Below are positions 28,410-38,645 of a DNA stretch of 39,327 nucleotides, piece by piece. The notes under the pieces are model-generated. The model saw only the letters and a program-made list of their open reading frames with translations. It was not told the DNA's origin and did no database searches. Within the stretch, counting starts at the first letter, position 1, and the number at the start of each line of letters is the position of its first letter. Source of the stretch: a phage; assembly GCA_033696785.1 (NCBI GenBank), contig GCA_033696785.1_4550.1; one strand, written 5' to 3'. The position numbers and the translations under genes are program-made.

Positions 28410-31400
28410 TCCTTGATGTGGATACCTTGCTCCTCAAACGTTCCAAGAAGCAGCTTCTGGGTAATCGGGTCGTTCGGGACAAGTTCGCGGAACGTGTTAT
28501 ACATCCCAGTCATGTAGTCTCGCTCATTGACACGAGTATCTGCCTTGAGGTAGCCAGCCAAGTTGTAAGCCGAAGCGCCAACGTTAGCAGCATATCCGAA
28601 AGCTGGAACCTGCTCAAGGAAGTTACCGACCACGTTCATCACCGGGTCACTTTTCGCAGCGCCATAGGGAATAGCACGTTCAGGCTTCTCTGTAGGCGAA
28701 CGAGGTAGAATAGACGAACGGAGCATCTTAGTGTCCTCATACCCAGCGATGCCCCCCAGAATGTTAGCTACCCCAAGTGGTCCACCAAGGTGTGAACTAC
28801 GTGATAGAGCTGCATATCCAATCATAGTCGGGTCCAGAGCTTGCTTGAGGTATTCACGGTCTCTACCATCCTGCATAGCGTAAGCCTTGACGTGAGCCTG
28901 AGCCATGTAGTAGATACCAGCCAGACCCATAGACATCACGGTAGATAGAGCAGCATCCATCGCTCGGTTGTTCTTCGTGGCGTTATAGAAGGTACGCATG
29001 GTTCGCCCATTGATGGACTTGATGACGAAGTTCTTAAACTGAAGGACAGTCTTAGCTAGAGGGCCATAAGCCTTGGCATCCATGTTAGACAGCTTATGAG
29101 GTCGTAGTAACGTTTCATCAGCGATGGTGTCACCCATACGCCACAGGTCCATAGCCCTTGGGTCCTGACTGAACGACTTCTTATCCTTGATGGTGTACTT
29201 CCCGTCTGGGCCACGAGTCACTGACTCACGGATTAGGGACTTAATGCCCTTCCACTGCTCGTCAGAGATACCAGCGGTCTTCAGCCATCGGTCATCGAAC
29301 TTACGCTTACTACCAGTCAGGCTATGCTCCACGATGTCAGACAGGAAGCCTTGACGTCCAGCATCTAACAGGTAGTTGGTCGTACCGTTGAGGAGTTTAG
29401 TGAACGGAGAGCGTACTGCAAGTTCACCAGTGTAATACTTGGCAGTCCCCAGAGCTGTAGCTGTACCACGACCGAGGTCACTGTAAGACCGCAGACGGTC
29501 AATGACATCCTGTTTAGACGGACGGATTGAGTCATCAAGTTCCTTACCGAAGAGAACATTGTGAAGGTCCTTAATCTCTGAGGCTCCGACCTTCTTGTTA
29601 CGGAAGGCTAGGTCACGGAACATCGGGACTCCATGTAGCAGCGCCCGAACGTTACCACGAGCCAGCATACCACCAATCTCCGTTAAGTTCTGAACACCCA
29701 TGTAGGCATTCTTAGCGAAGAACGATAGGTCTGTCATTGTGCGCATCACGGTAGCGAAGGCCGCATCATCAGCACCATCACGTCGAGCACGACCAGTTAG
29801 AATCTTCAGAGTGTCACGTAAGGTAGATACTTCACCTTTCAACTTACCGTCATCCCCAGCCTTGTTCATCATGGTCTCAACCAAGTCCTTCATGTCCTTC
29901 GTGGTTTTGCCTGTACCAGCCATGATAGCAATATCTCCATTAACTCGACGGTTGTAGGCAGGGACAATCTTGTCCATGTCCCACTCACGAAGGTTGTTGA
30001 CACTGAAGGTCTGACCGTTAGGTAGGACGATTGACATATCGCTATCGAACAGGTTACGAGCCTCAAGGAAGCTGTTGTTCTCCAGACCAACCAGACCGTT
30101 GATGTTCTCTTCCATTACGGATGAACGTTCGAACTGCTCGGTGTGAGAGATACCGTAAGCCTTATCGTTGGCGTACTTATCGACCGCAGCAGCAAGTCCC
30201 TCTGGAGTCAACGTAGGGTCAGCCTCTAAGAGTGCCTCGTCCACGCGTTTCTTGACTTCAGGTCGAGACGCATAGCTGGTAAGCCATGACTTCTTGATGG
30301 CCTCCTGCAACGCCTCTGGACTCCCAAGCTCCTTGATGTACAGCTCCTTCATCTGTTTGCTATACACATGAGGGACGTATGTTCCCTTGAAGTGGCTACC
30401 CGGAAAGATAGACTGAGCGTCTGGGCGACCAAACATAGCTGGGTTCTCCATCATCTCACGCTTGGCGTCGAACTGGTTCTTCAGCAGGTCATAGACTTTC
30501 AGTTCTCCCGGAGTCAGTTCAGCCTTCAGGTTTCCGCTGCCATCTTCGATAGCCATAGACACGCGCTGGTAGATGTCCTGACGGAATGCTCCAGAGTCTC
30601 GCCAGAATGCTGTCTGGAAGTACGGGTCCTTTAGTGCCTCAGTAACCGCATTGTCGATGTCGTTGTAGAACCGATGGTCCACAGCACGAAGTCTCTCGAA
30701 CACGTCTGACGCAGTGGTCCCGATTTTACCTGAGGCCCCAGACTGCATACCAGTCGGTGAACGCACTAAGTCAGCAGCTACTCCACGAATCTCAGGGTTC
30801 TCAGACCGAAGCAGCTTCAGACCAATCTCGGTAAGTCCACCAAGGTTCACACCAGCAGCGGCACGTTCCGGCTCAATCACTTCGTCAAAGACTTGACGTG
30901 TCTTAGGGTTCAGAGGGTTCTCACCAATCAGGATTGAACCATCTTCTAATCGTACACTTCCCGGCTCATTCGGCACGTCAGCGAACTTAACGCCTTGGTG
31001 ACTAAAGGTCTCCTCTCCTTCACGGATTGGCATACGCGACAGGTCTTGACCATCAACATTACGTGCAGTCTCGCGAGCTTCCAGACGTATAGCTGGACCA
31101 GCGAACTCGTTAGTGTTGCGACCTAAGGCTCTGCCTAGTCCATCAGCTATAGCAGTCATACCACCACCGAAGAGAGCACCGCCAATAATGGCCTCAGCAA
31201 CATGAGCGTCCCCACCAGCAACTGAGGTTCTAGCAATCTCGGATGCCCCAGCCAGAGCACCAGACTGAGCAGCCACAGTGAACATCTTGTTGATTAGCTT
31301 CCCACCTTTACCTACCTGCCCAGCAATAGGAACGTAGGTCAGAGGGTCCACGCCAGCACCAATCACACCAGCCGCCAGTTGAGCGCCAGTCCCAGCCTTT

Positions 31401-32293
31401 GCCTTCTCTTGGTCCAACTTCTGGTTCTCAAGCGCCAAGTTAATCAGCTCTGTCAGATTCTGAGGAGAACCGCCAGTAATGACTCCGTAATACTGAGGCA
31501 GAACCCCAGCGTTACGAATCTGGTCCAGCTCCTCACGAGACCACTTATGGTTGTTCCATCGGGTTGGGTTGAACACATCGCCAATGACATCCAGTGAGTC
31601 CTCAGTCTGACCAGCTCGTATAGCCACGCCGACCATAGAGTTCTTCACTTCAGCTTCTGTAGCCGCACCGAAACCGAACCACGTAGAGCGGTCCTCTCGT
31701 TCCTGCATGGTCTCTCCAGTAGCCTTATAGAACATCTCACCGAACGATTCGTTGGGAGCTTCAGGTGCTTGACCCTCAATGTTCAGACCAGCAGCGGTCG
31801 GAAGGTTCTCACCCAGAGCCACTTTAGGTTTAGCCTTGAGTCCTTCCGTGAGTGCGTCAAATACGGTAGCGCTTACTGGTGGAGTCTTTGGGCTGATACC
31901 GTTGAGTGCTCTTGCTACCCCCTGTTGGTAGACTTCAGGGTCGTACCGGGAGCCTGTCTCGTGGTAGCCTATAGCCTCAGACAGAGAGGCGAGGACGTCA
32001 GGGTTCGTCAGGTCGAGACTTTGTGTTGCTGGAATGCCGGTCGCAGCCACAACAGAGTTGATGTAGGACTGAGTGTCATTCTCATTAGGCGGCGCCCAGC
32101 GGTTGATAATCTTCTCGATGGAGTCATAACCTTGGCGACCGTAGCTTTGAAGGTTTTTAGCTAAAGCTCGTACCCCAGATTCAGGACTATCGAATATAAC
32201 GAATGCACCATCATCCCCTACTGCACCTTCCCATTGGTCTTTGGACTTACGGATATTTCCCGGATTTGAATTTCTTACTCCACGTGTTGCCAT
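28406..32293 (-). CDS. Internal virion protein D (T7 gp16 homolog) with a divergent N-terminal domain
   Basis: 1295 aa; body colinear with T7 gp16 (SPTGMQSGASGK, KGTYVPHVY, NNSFLEARNLFDSD, AYNRRVNGDIAIM). The first ~130 aa (NSNPGNIRKS...WEG) lack the T7 transglycosylase motif I recall. Confidence 0.93.
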   Translation of the reverse strand: MATRGVRNSNPGNIRKSKDQWEGAVGDDGAFVIFDSPESGVRALAKNLQSYGRQGYDSIEKIINRWAPPNENDTQSYINSVVAATGIPATQSLDLTNPDVLASLSEAIGYHETGSRYDPEVYQQGVARALNGISPKTPPVSATVFDALTEGLKAKPKVALGENLPTAAGLNIEGQAPEAPNESFGEMFYKATGETMQEREDRSTWFGFGAATEAEVKNSMVGVAIRAGQTEDSLDVIGDVFNPTRWNNHKWSREELDQIRNAGVLPQYYGVITGGSPQNLTELINLALENQKLDQEKAKAGTGAQLAAGVIGAGVDPLTYVPIAGQVGKGGKLINKMFTVAAQSGALAGASEIARTSVAGGDAHVAEAIIGGALFGGGMTAIADGLGRALGRNTNEFAGPAIRLEARETARNVDGQDLSRMPIREGEETFSHQGVKFADVPNEPGSVRLEDGSILIGENPLNPKTRQVFDEVIEPERAAAGVNLGGLTEIGLKLLRSENPEIRGVAADLVRSPTGMQSGASGKIGTTASDVFERLRAVDHRFYNDIDNAVTEALKDPYFQTAFWRDSGAFRQDIYQRVSMAIEDGSGNLKAELTPGELKVYDLLKNQFDAKREMMENPAMFGRPDAQSIFPGSHFKGTYVPHVYSKQMKELYIKELGSPEALQEAIKKSWLTSYASRPEVKKRVDEALLEADPTLTPEGLAAAVDKYANDKAYGISHTEQFERSSVMEENINGLVGLENNSFLEARNLFDSDMSIVLPNGQTFSVNNLREWDMDKIVPAYNRRVNGDIAIMAGTGKTTKDMKDLVETMMNKAGDDGKLKGEVSTLRDTLKILTGRARRDGADDAAFATVMRTMTDLSFFAKNAYMGVQNLTEIGGMLARGNVRALLHGVPMFRDLAFRNKKVGASEIKDLHNVLFGKELDDSIRPSKQDVIDRLRSYSDLGRGTATALGTAKYYTGELAVRSPFTKLLNGTTNYLLDAGRQGFLSDIVEHSLTGSKRKFDDRWLKTAGISDEQWKGIKSLIRESVTRGPDGKYTIKDKKSFSQDPRAMDLWRMGDTIADETLLRPHKLSNMDAKAYGPLAKTVLQFKNFVIKSINGRTMRTFYNATKNNRAMDAALSTVMSMGLAGIYYMAQAHVKAYAMQDGRDREYLKQALDPTMIGYAALSRSSHLGGPLGVANILGGIAGYEDTKMLRSSILPRSPTEKPERAIPYGAAKSDPVMNVVGNFLEQVPAFGYAANVGASAYNLAGYLKADTRVNERDYMTGMYNTFRELVPNDPITQKLLLGTFEEQGIHIKD

Positions 32294-32724
32294 GTCTTTC
32301 TCCTCAAGATATTTCTAATAGAAACCGTACTCACTCCATATCGTTCCGCTAAGAGTGAAACCTTTAGGCCGCTGGACCTTATGTCTCTCACGATTTCTTC
32401 AGTGAGCTTAGATACTCCTATGGAGCATCCTGACGCTTGGCGACCTCTAGTCACCTTATCCTTTATGTTGTCAGCTTGGGTGCCGACTTCAAGGTGGCTT
32501 GGGTTTATACAGGACGGGTTGTCGCATTTATGACGAACAACGTATCCATCGGGTATAGGACCATTAGCAAGCTCGTAGGCAAGTCTATGTGCTCCATATT
32601 TCACCCTATTAATCATTATCCTTCCATAGCCGGATTTATCAATGCTTCCGGTGAATCGGATACAGCCAGACTCTTCGGCTACTGACAGTTCTGCCAGTCT
32701 CTCACTGGCTGTCCCGTTCTTCAT
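32275..32724 (-). CDS. HNH homing endonuclease (paralog 3) in the structural module
   Basis: 149 aa with GCIRF..GYG and YVVRHKCDNPSCINPSHLEVGT, between the gp15 and gp16 genes. Confidence 0.88.
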   Translation of the reverse strand: MKNGTASERLAELSVAEESGCIRFTGSIDKSGYGRIMINRVKYGAHRLAYELANGPIPDGYVVRHKCDNPSCINPSHLEVGTQADNIKDKVTRGRQASGCSIGVSKLTEEIVRDIRSSGLKVSLLAERYGVSTVSIRNILRRKTWQHVE

Positions 32725-32726
32725 GT

Positions 32727-35009
32727 TTACTCCTTACCGATTAAGGTGTTTGCGATACCCTCCAGTGAGACGTCATTATACATCCCACCGCGCTTCTCGA
32801 TGTTGGACTCTCGGTCAGCTCGACGTTTGTCACCAGCAGCTTTAGTCACGACGATACGCGCTCGCTTGTTAGCGTCACGTTCTGCCTGAGCGTATGCGGC
32901 ATCTTGTGCCTTCTGCTGTTGTTCGCGGTAGAGTTTACCTACAAGTTCTTTATCGTATCGAATACGAATAGTCCCCGTAGCGTCTTGGAGGAAGATAGAG
33001 CCGTTCTGTTCAACAACGGACAACTGAGAGTTCACTACCCAAGGGTTGGCCTTAATGAGCTGCTGACGAGCGGTGTCGATAATATCTCGACCCACCTGCC
33101 ACGACTCTGGGTTGTCCCCAACCATAAGCTGGTGCTTGGACACCATGCCGATTGACTTACCGTCAGAACCTTCAGACTGGAACGTTACTGTGTTCTCATT
33201 CAGCCAGCGTTGAGTCTGCTGAGTTGCAGCGTCAGCGTTACCTGTACGATAGTACCATGAGTCCCAGACCTTACGAGCACTTGAGTCCAGAGACGTTGGG
33301 AGACGAGACAACTGTGTGTTCTTGGAGTCGTTCTTCAACTCCTGCCACGCCTTGTCTGACTCCATGCGCATCTCACGGCTTTGACTTGCAGCTTGCTTAT
33401 CAGCTTCAATCATCGTCTGAGGGCCCAGACCCATCTTGTCCATCTGGTCGAACGTAGAGAACAACTGAGCTTGGTCAGGATACAGAGCTGCAAAACTTGA
33501 AGGGTCCTGAGTGTAGGCACGACGAAGAGACTCGAAGCGTTGCATCTTGTCTGGGTCGTACTGCCCACGGATGACCGCAGCTTGCCACTCACCAGCAGCG
33601 TCCTGAGTCAGCGTCTGGAAGGCATTACGGAACGGACCATTGTTAGTGTCAGCCCTTAACAATGCCACCTTCTGCGCGTCTTTAGCAGCCTCAGGGATGT
33701 CCATCTGGTCAATCTGCTGTAGCTTGGCAGCCGCATAGTTGTTCATGTCCGAACGTTTGAACTCGCCTGTAGCATCTGAGACCGGAAGGTCCTCATAATT
33801 GGTGGACACGTTGTCCCCAGCCAGACGTCGCTGATACACTTGGTCTATGACCAGTTGCTTGTTCTTGGTCTGGATTAACTTAGTGTTCTCCTTCGCCTGT
33901 TCAGCAGACTTACGCTTTACCGCTTCAAGCAAGCTGGCTTCGGCATTAATAAGCATCTGACGCTGAGGCGTGAGTTCTTCACCCGGTTGAAGCAGGTTGT
34001 TCTGCTCCTTGAGTTTCTGAATCTGGGCCAGACCGATGGTCGGGTCATCCTGAAGAATCGCAGACTGAACGCCTAAAGCCAAGTCTTCCTGATACTTAGC
34101 AACCAGCTTGTACTCAGTGCCTTGTGCCTCAACAATAGCAGCGTTGAAGACATCAGGTCCTACAATCTCTTCGACTGTAGCATCCACATCGTTAAGGGTG
34201 ATTCGCTCACCTCGTACTTGTTGTAAGAAGTTTGAGCCGCCCGACTTCTGGATTGCATCACGGACCGTCTGGGTAATGATCTCCCGTGCTCGCTGGTCCG
34301 AAGGGATAGCAGCAGTAGTCAGTCCATCACGGAGGTATGCCATGAAGGTCTTGCCGGACTCAGGTGAACGCATCAGGTCGCCATCGTTCAGGAATGAGTT
34401 CATCTCAATACGAGTGTTCAACATTGCTGTCTCTTCAGCCTGCTTGCTGAAATACTTATTGAAAGACCCGTAGATAGCGATGTTACGGTCTGTGATGTTA
34501 TCGTTGAACCCGCGCTGGAAGAACTCGTCTGTAGGGTTAATACCCGCCTCTTCAGCATAGGACTTAGCGGCGTCCTGAAGGCGCTGGTGACGATACTCTT
34601 CCATGTCCTGACGTGTACGGAACTCACCGTTCTGAATCTTAACGTTAATCTCGTCATCCACAGCAAAGGCAGCGTTACGACCTGTCTTGACTCGAAGTGC
34701 TTCCATAGCGTAAGGGTCATCCTGATACAGCAATGTTCCGTTCTGGATAGCCTCACGTCTTTGCTGAGGTGTCAGCTTACGGATAATCTCGTTAGACCGC
34801 TCGTCAGCTCTGGTCTTATCCTCTTCCTTGAACTGCTTGTACAATCCAGTCCCAGACTCAACGAAGTTGGTTAACGCACGAGCCAGACCGGAGTCGCCAG
34901 TCGGAGCCTGAACGCTGGCTGCTTGATAGTTGACGGCGATAGTTTTACCCGGCGCTCTGCCGCGACCCATAGTCCGATTAGTCAGAGCTGATTCAATATT
35001 ACTAGCCAT
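32727..35009 (-). CDS. Internal virion protein C (T7 gp15 homolog)
   Basis: 760 aa, alpha-helical and Gln-rich, in the gp15 position. Confidence 0.88.
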   Translation of the reverse strand: MASNIESALTNRTMGRGRAPGKTIAVNYQAASVQAPTGDSGLARALTNFVESGTGLYKQFKEEDKTRADERSNEIIRKLTPQQRREAIQNGTLLYQDDPYAMEALRVKTGRNAAFAVDDEINVKIQNGEFRTRQDMEEYRHQRLQDAAKSYAEEAGINPTDEFFQRGFNDNITDRNIAIYGSFNKYFSKQAEETAMLNTRIEMNSFLNDGDLMRSPESGKTFMAYLRDGLTTAAIPSDQRAREIITQTVRDAIQKSGGSNFLQQVRGERITLNDVDATVEEIVGPDVFNAAIVEAQGTEYKLVAKYQEDLALGVQSAILQDDPTIGLAQIQKLKEQNNLLQPGEELTPQRQMLINAEASLLEAVKRKSAEQAKENTKLIQTKNKQLVIDQVYQRRLAGDNVSTNYEDLPVSDATGEFKRSDMNNYAAAKLQQIDQMDIPEAAKDAQKVALLRADTNNGPFRNAFQTLTQDAAGEWQAAVIRGQYDPDKMQRFESLRRAYTQDPSSFAALYPDQAQLFSTFDQMDKMGLGPQTMIEADKQAASQSREMRMESDKAWQELKNDSKNTQLSRLPTSLDSSARKVWDSWYYRTGNADAATQQTQRWLNENTVTFQSEGSDGKSIGMVSKHQLMVGDNPESWQVGRDIIDTARQQLIKANPWVVNSQLSVVEQNGSIFLQDATGTIRIRYDKELVGKLYREQQQKAQDAAYAQAERDANKRARIVVTKAAGDKRRADRESNIEKRGGMYNDVSLEGIANTLIGKE

Positions 35010-35020
35010 TAGTCCTCCTC

Positions 35021-35608
35021 TTAGCTATGACCTGTAGGTGTACCTTTAGCAGTACTAATAGGTGCAGCACCACCAGAGCTTGAAGTCCCGGCGATAGACT
35101 TACCAGCAGCGTATCCCTGCATCCCTGCGTTAGCAACATTAAGTGCATGAGCCAGTGGGCTGGTCTTGATTATTTTACCTTGACCACGGATAGCAGACTT
35201 GGTGTTCTCAATGTTGGCGATACGGTTCCCGAAGATAGCCGCATAGTCGCGGTTGTAACTTTCGGTAATACCGGCTCTCTCCTTGACTGTGTCTCCCTCG
35301 ACCTGACGTTCAATCCTGTCCATAGAGTTACCTTCCAGACCAGACTCAGCTACCGCAGCTCTGACCATACCCTGATTGCGGATACCGTTTAACGTGGTCT
35401 CTGTCAGTTCAGCCATCTGCTGCTCCTTCAGGTCTCGCTCCTGCATATTCAGGTTGGCGTCAGAGTAGTTCATCTGCTTAACCATCTCCTGAGCCTGACG
35501 GTTCTGAGCGTCGATAGCAGCACCCTCAGCTTTGGCCTGACTAGAAGCGGACATAGCGGCACCAGCTACAGCCATAATACCCATGCCGATACTTACTGGC
35601 TCGCACAT
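35021..35608 (-). CDS. Internal virion protein B (T7 gp14 homolog)
   Basis: 195 aa beginning MCEP with a Gly/Ala-rich hydrophobic N terminus and an LEGNSMDRIER block like T7 gp14. Confidence 0.85.
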   Translation of the reverse strand: MCEPVSIGMGIMAVAGAAMSASSQAKAEGAAIDAQNRQAQEMVKQMNYSDANLNMQERDLKEQQMAELTETTLNGIRNQGMVRAAVAESGLEGNSMDRIERQVEGDTVKERAGITESYNRDYAAIFGNRIANIENTKSAIRGQGKIIKTSPLAHALNVANAGMQGYAAGKSIAGTSSSGGAAPISTAKGTPTGHS

Positions 35609-36063
35609 ACGTCCTCCTTAGAGATAGTGAATAGTTGAAAACGCTCACCAGTTACCGGGCTTACAGTCCAATCATCATGGAATTTAGCGCCAAGCAACTT
35701 CAAGAATTTAATGTGAGACTTATTGCCTGACCACACGTAGTTCCAGATGGTCCCGTATTGGTCTAACATTAAGTCCCTGTACTCAGAGATACGCTTTATG
35801 AACTCTCGCTTCTCTTTAGGTCTCAGCTTGTTGACCAGACCTGAAGTCAAGAACCATACGTTATCCCCTTGGTTTCCACCATAGGCAAACACTTCACCTA
35901 CACCGTTCGTTAAAACCACAGATGATGGAGATAGGTGCTTAAGCAGTCTCTCAGAGAGACCCACTGTTGACCCGTAGTTTGCTTTGCACTCATTAACGTC
36001 ATCTGCTGAAAGATGCCACAGAAAGTAGTGGACATCTGGTTCCGTAGCCTTGCGAATATACAT
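35593..36063 (-). CDS. Internal virion protein A (gp13 position)
   Basis: 156 aa, assigned by position between promoter 36102-36124 and gp14. Confidence 0.6.
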   Translation of the reverse strand: MYIRKATEPDVHYFLWHLSADDVNECKANYGSTVGLSERLLKHLSPSSVVLTNGVGEVFAYGGNQGDNVWFLTSGLVNKLRPKEKREFIKRISEYRDLMLDQYGTIWNYVWSGNKSHIKFLKLLGAKFHDDWTVSPVTGERFQLFTISKEDVCASQ

Positions 36064-36101
36064 AAAGTCTCCTATTAAAGTATTATAACTTAAAGGGCCT
36101 A

Positions 36102-36124
36102 TAGTCCCTATAGTGATAGTTAAG
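36102..36124 (-). promoter_or_regulatory. Phage RNAP promoter (phi13 equivalent) inside a 12-bp inverted repeat
   Basis: Plus strand gtccctatagtgatagttaagg, flanked by AAGGGCCTATAG (36092-36103) and CTATAGGCCCTT (36132-36143). Confidence 0.8.
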
Positions 36125-36150
36125 GTAAAATCTATAGGCCCTTCAATAAG

Positions 36151-38517
36151 TTAAACGGAACGAGCTTTCTTAGCTTTCTTAGCGTATGATGCCTCCCAGC
36201 CACACCCAACGATTGACACTGGGGTAGGATAGTTGGACTCTAAGGTTAGACTTGTGGTTAATGCGTTACCATTCATAGCGAAGCGATACTGCCCGTCACC
36301 AATGTTAGTAGTCCCTATAGTGTTCTGACCAAGGGTGTACCCGTTAAAGGTGTTCACGAACTCCCGCTCACCGTTTCTGACAATTAGCCTCAGAGCGCCA
36401 GTGTCTTTGTAGTTTACCCAAGCCCGACGAAGCTGTAGACGACCAGTGTCTTCAGACTGAGTACCACTACCGTCTTCAATCTTAATCAGGAACCGTGAGA
36501 ACTTGTAGGACATCAGATAAGCCCTTCCGATGAACACTGTGCGTCCTGACCAATCGCCGTTGAGGATAACCACAGTAGATATACTGGTTAATTCCCCGAG
36601 GTCCAAATAAGCACCCTGACTGTCAATCAGATAGTACCGACCGGGAGACGGAGCGTTACCGTCATAAGCAGTACCGATGTCAACCGTAGTCTTATTGGTG
36701 TCAGCATTAAACGAGCCAATTGGAATGACCATAGAAACCTTGGAGTCAACGTGCAGTCTATATGGCTCTGACGGTAAGTCAGTTGCCTCCTTGATGAACT
36801 TAAGGTGCTCAATGTCTACCCCTCCTTGGTGCTGACGAACTATGAACATGGTGGAGCCAATAGAAGCAGACGCCAGAATCCTATCATCTTTAGGGAACTC
36901 CCAGTGTGACCAAGAGGCTTGAAGCTGTACTCCGTCCTTAAACAAGAACTTGTAGATGTAGATTCGGTTGTATGCACCTGTAGAGTTAACGCAGATGTAG
37001 TTCTCAGTACCTGTACCTTGAATATCAAACACCCCGTTAGGGATGTAGGACAGTACGTGACCAGTTGTATCATCAGCATCCTTCACATCAGACACATCAT
37101 CTACAGCGAAGTATCGCTTAATGCTGGTGAATGACCCACGAGGGGCTGAGAAGAAGACTGAGCGTCCTACAGCGAACGGTCTGGCATTATCACCTAAGGC
37201 AAACTCTGAGCCTACATCAAGCTGGATAGACTTCGAGGTAAGGACTCCAGAGCTTGTCATCACGAACTGAACCTCATCCGACCAAAGTAGTAGCTGCTCG
37301 CTAAACGGAACGGCATACTTAAGGATTGAGATTCGAGGGTGACTTACAGCTACATCAATAGGGTCATCATCACTCAGTGTCGCCACACTCTTAGGGAAGA
37401 ACGCAAAGTAGCTGGCTGAACGGCTCATGATTACGTTCTCACCCGACAAGAACCCAAGTCTGTTCCTGTAGAAGAACACATCATTAATCGCAGCATCCAC
37501 GAAGCTAGGCATAGGGTTTGTGTCATCGTTGCCAGCACCACGCTTGGACCAATCCAGAGTCTTGAACTCAAAGGAGCCATCAGACTGTCTGACCAGAGCA
37601 TGTGGCATTGTGGTGACATCGAACCCAGTGACAACTCCCGGCTCCACTGTCTCCTTCCACGTCTTAGTGTTGGAGTCATACATCACGTAGTATTCATCGG
37701 CGCTACTGTTTGTCTCACCTTGAATCTTAATGATATACCCATTAGGAGCTGCAAGAGGTAGTTTAGAGATTGTCTGCACAGTGTCTAGGACTGGGCTTAT
37801 TAGCTGGTTAGCGTAGCCATCCTCAGTCTCCACTGAGTTAATGTCGGTCCCTGAAGGAGCTGTGATTAGCAGGAAGCCAGACCCAAGGTCAAACGTGAAG
37901 GTAGGATAGGCAGCAACAAGAAGGTCTCTCAGAGCTGCACCAATGGCTTGAGCGTCTACCTTAGGTGGGTCATTCTCGGCATCATTACCTGCTGGTAGCT
38001 TATGCGAGACCTTAACTCCACCGTTGATTCCCACCTTAAGGGTTCGACCATACTGTCCACCACGCAGGTTAATTAAAGCTCGTGCTTTGCGGTTATAACC
38101 AGAGTGTGACTTCTCGCTTCCACCTTTGACGACAACCTTACGGTTAACGACGAACGTATAGTCTGCCACGGTAACGACACGGATGTCATCTCGTGGGTTG
38201 GAGGACTTAACGTAATCTACCACACCGGAAACTGAGTATTGATTACCACTCAAGTCAACTACCTGAATGTTGGACCCGTTGAACACGATGTAATACTGCT
38301 CCTGCTCATCACGGTTAATCAGGTGGAACTTAGGGTTGCTCCCAACGTCTATGTTAAGACGTCGCTTGAAGACTGTAGGTGGACGCTTCTGGAGGCCATC
38401 ACTCTCTGATGACCAGCAGTTAACCTGTGCCTCGCCTTGGTCTGAGAACCTCAGTATATCAGGCTGTTGGCTAATGCCACCCTTAAGATTTTTTATGCTT
38501 TGCGTGATAAGCGGCAT
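36151..38517 (-). CDS. Tail tubular protein B (T7 gp12 homolog)
   Basis: 788 aa beginning MPLITQSIKNLKGGISQQPDILR, colinear with T7 gp12. Confidence 0.95.
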   Translation of the reverse strand: MPLITQSIKNLKGGISQQPDILRFSDQGEAQVNCWSSESDGLQKRPPTVFKRRLNIDVGSNPKFHLINRDEQEQYYIVFNGSNIQVVDLSGNQYSVSGVVDYVKSSNPRDDIRVVTVADYTFVVNRKVVVKGGSEKSHSGYNRKARALINLRGGQYGRTLKVGINGGVKVSHKLPAGNDAENDPPKVDAQAIGAALRDLLVAAYPTFTFDLGSGFLLITAPSGTDINSVETEDGYANQLISPVLDTVQTISKLPLAAPNGYIIKIQGETNSSADEYYVMYDSNTKTWKETVEPGVVTGFDVTTMPHALVRQSDGSFEFKTLDWSKRGAGNDDTNPMPSFVDAAINDVFFYRNRLGFLSGENVIMSRSASYFAFFPKSVATLSDDDPIDVAVSHPRISILKYAVPFSEQLLLWSDEVQFVMTSSGVLTSKSIQLDVGSEFALGDNARPFAVGRSVFFSAPRGSFTSIKRYFAVDDVSDVKDADDTTGHVLSYIPNGVFDIQGTGTENYICVNSTGAYNRIYIYKFLFKDGVQLQASWSHWEFPKDDRILASASIGSTMFIVRQHQGGVDIEHLKFIKEATDLPSEPYRLHVDSKVSMVIPIGSFNADTNKTTVDIGTAYDGNAPSPGRYYLIDSQGAYLDLGELTSISTVVILNGDWSGRTVFIGRAYLMSYKFSRFLIKIEDGSGTQSEDTGRLQLRRAWVNYKDTGALRLIVRNGEREFVNTFNGYTLGQNTIGTTNIGDGQYRFAMNGNALTTSLTLESNYPTPVSIVGCGWEASYAKKAKKARSV

Positions 38518-38645
38518 GTGCCCTCCAGATACTTAGCAGCGTTTAGTAGAATCTCACGGGAGTCCTTGAAGCCTCCTAGAGACTTATTGCAGTGCCTGCA
38601 GAGAAGACCTCTAACCTCGCCAGTTGCGTGGTTGTGACTAGCCAT
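38493..38645 (-). CDS. Endonuclease VII-like (HNH superfamily) mini-ORF
   Basis: About 50 aa hand-translated: MASHNHATGEVRGLLCRHCNKSLGGFKDSREILLNAAKYLEGTCRLSRKA. The H.H.TG.VRGLLC..CN..LG block is the Endonuclease_7 signature as I recall it. Not in the ORF track. Confidence 0.45.
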   Translation of the reverse strand: MASHNHATGEVRGLLCRHCNKSLGGFKDSREILLNAAKYLEGTCRLSRKA

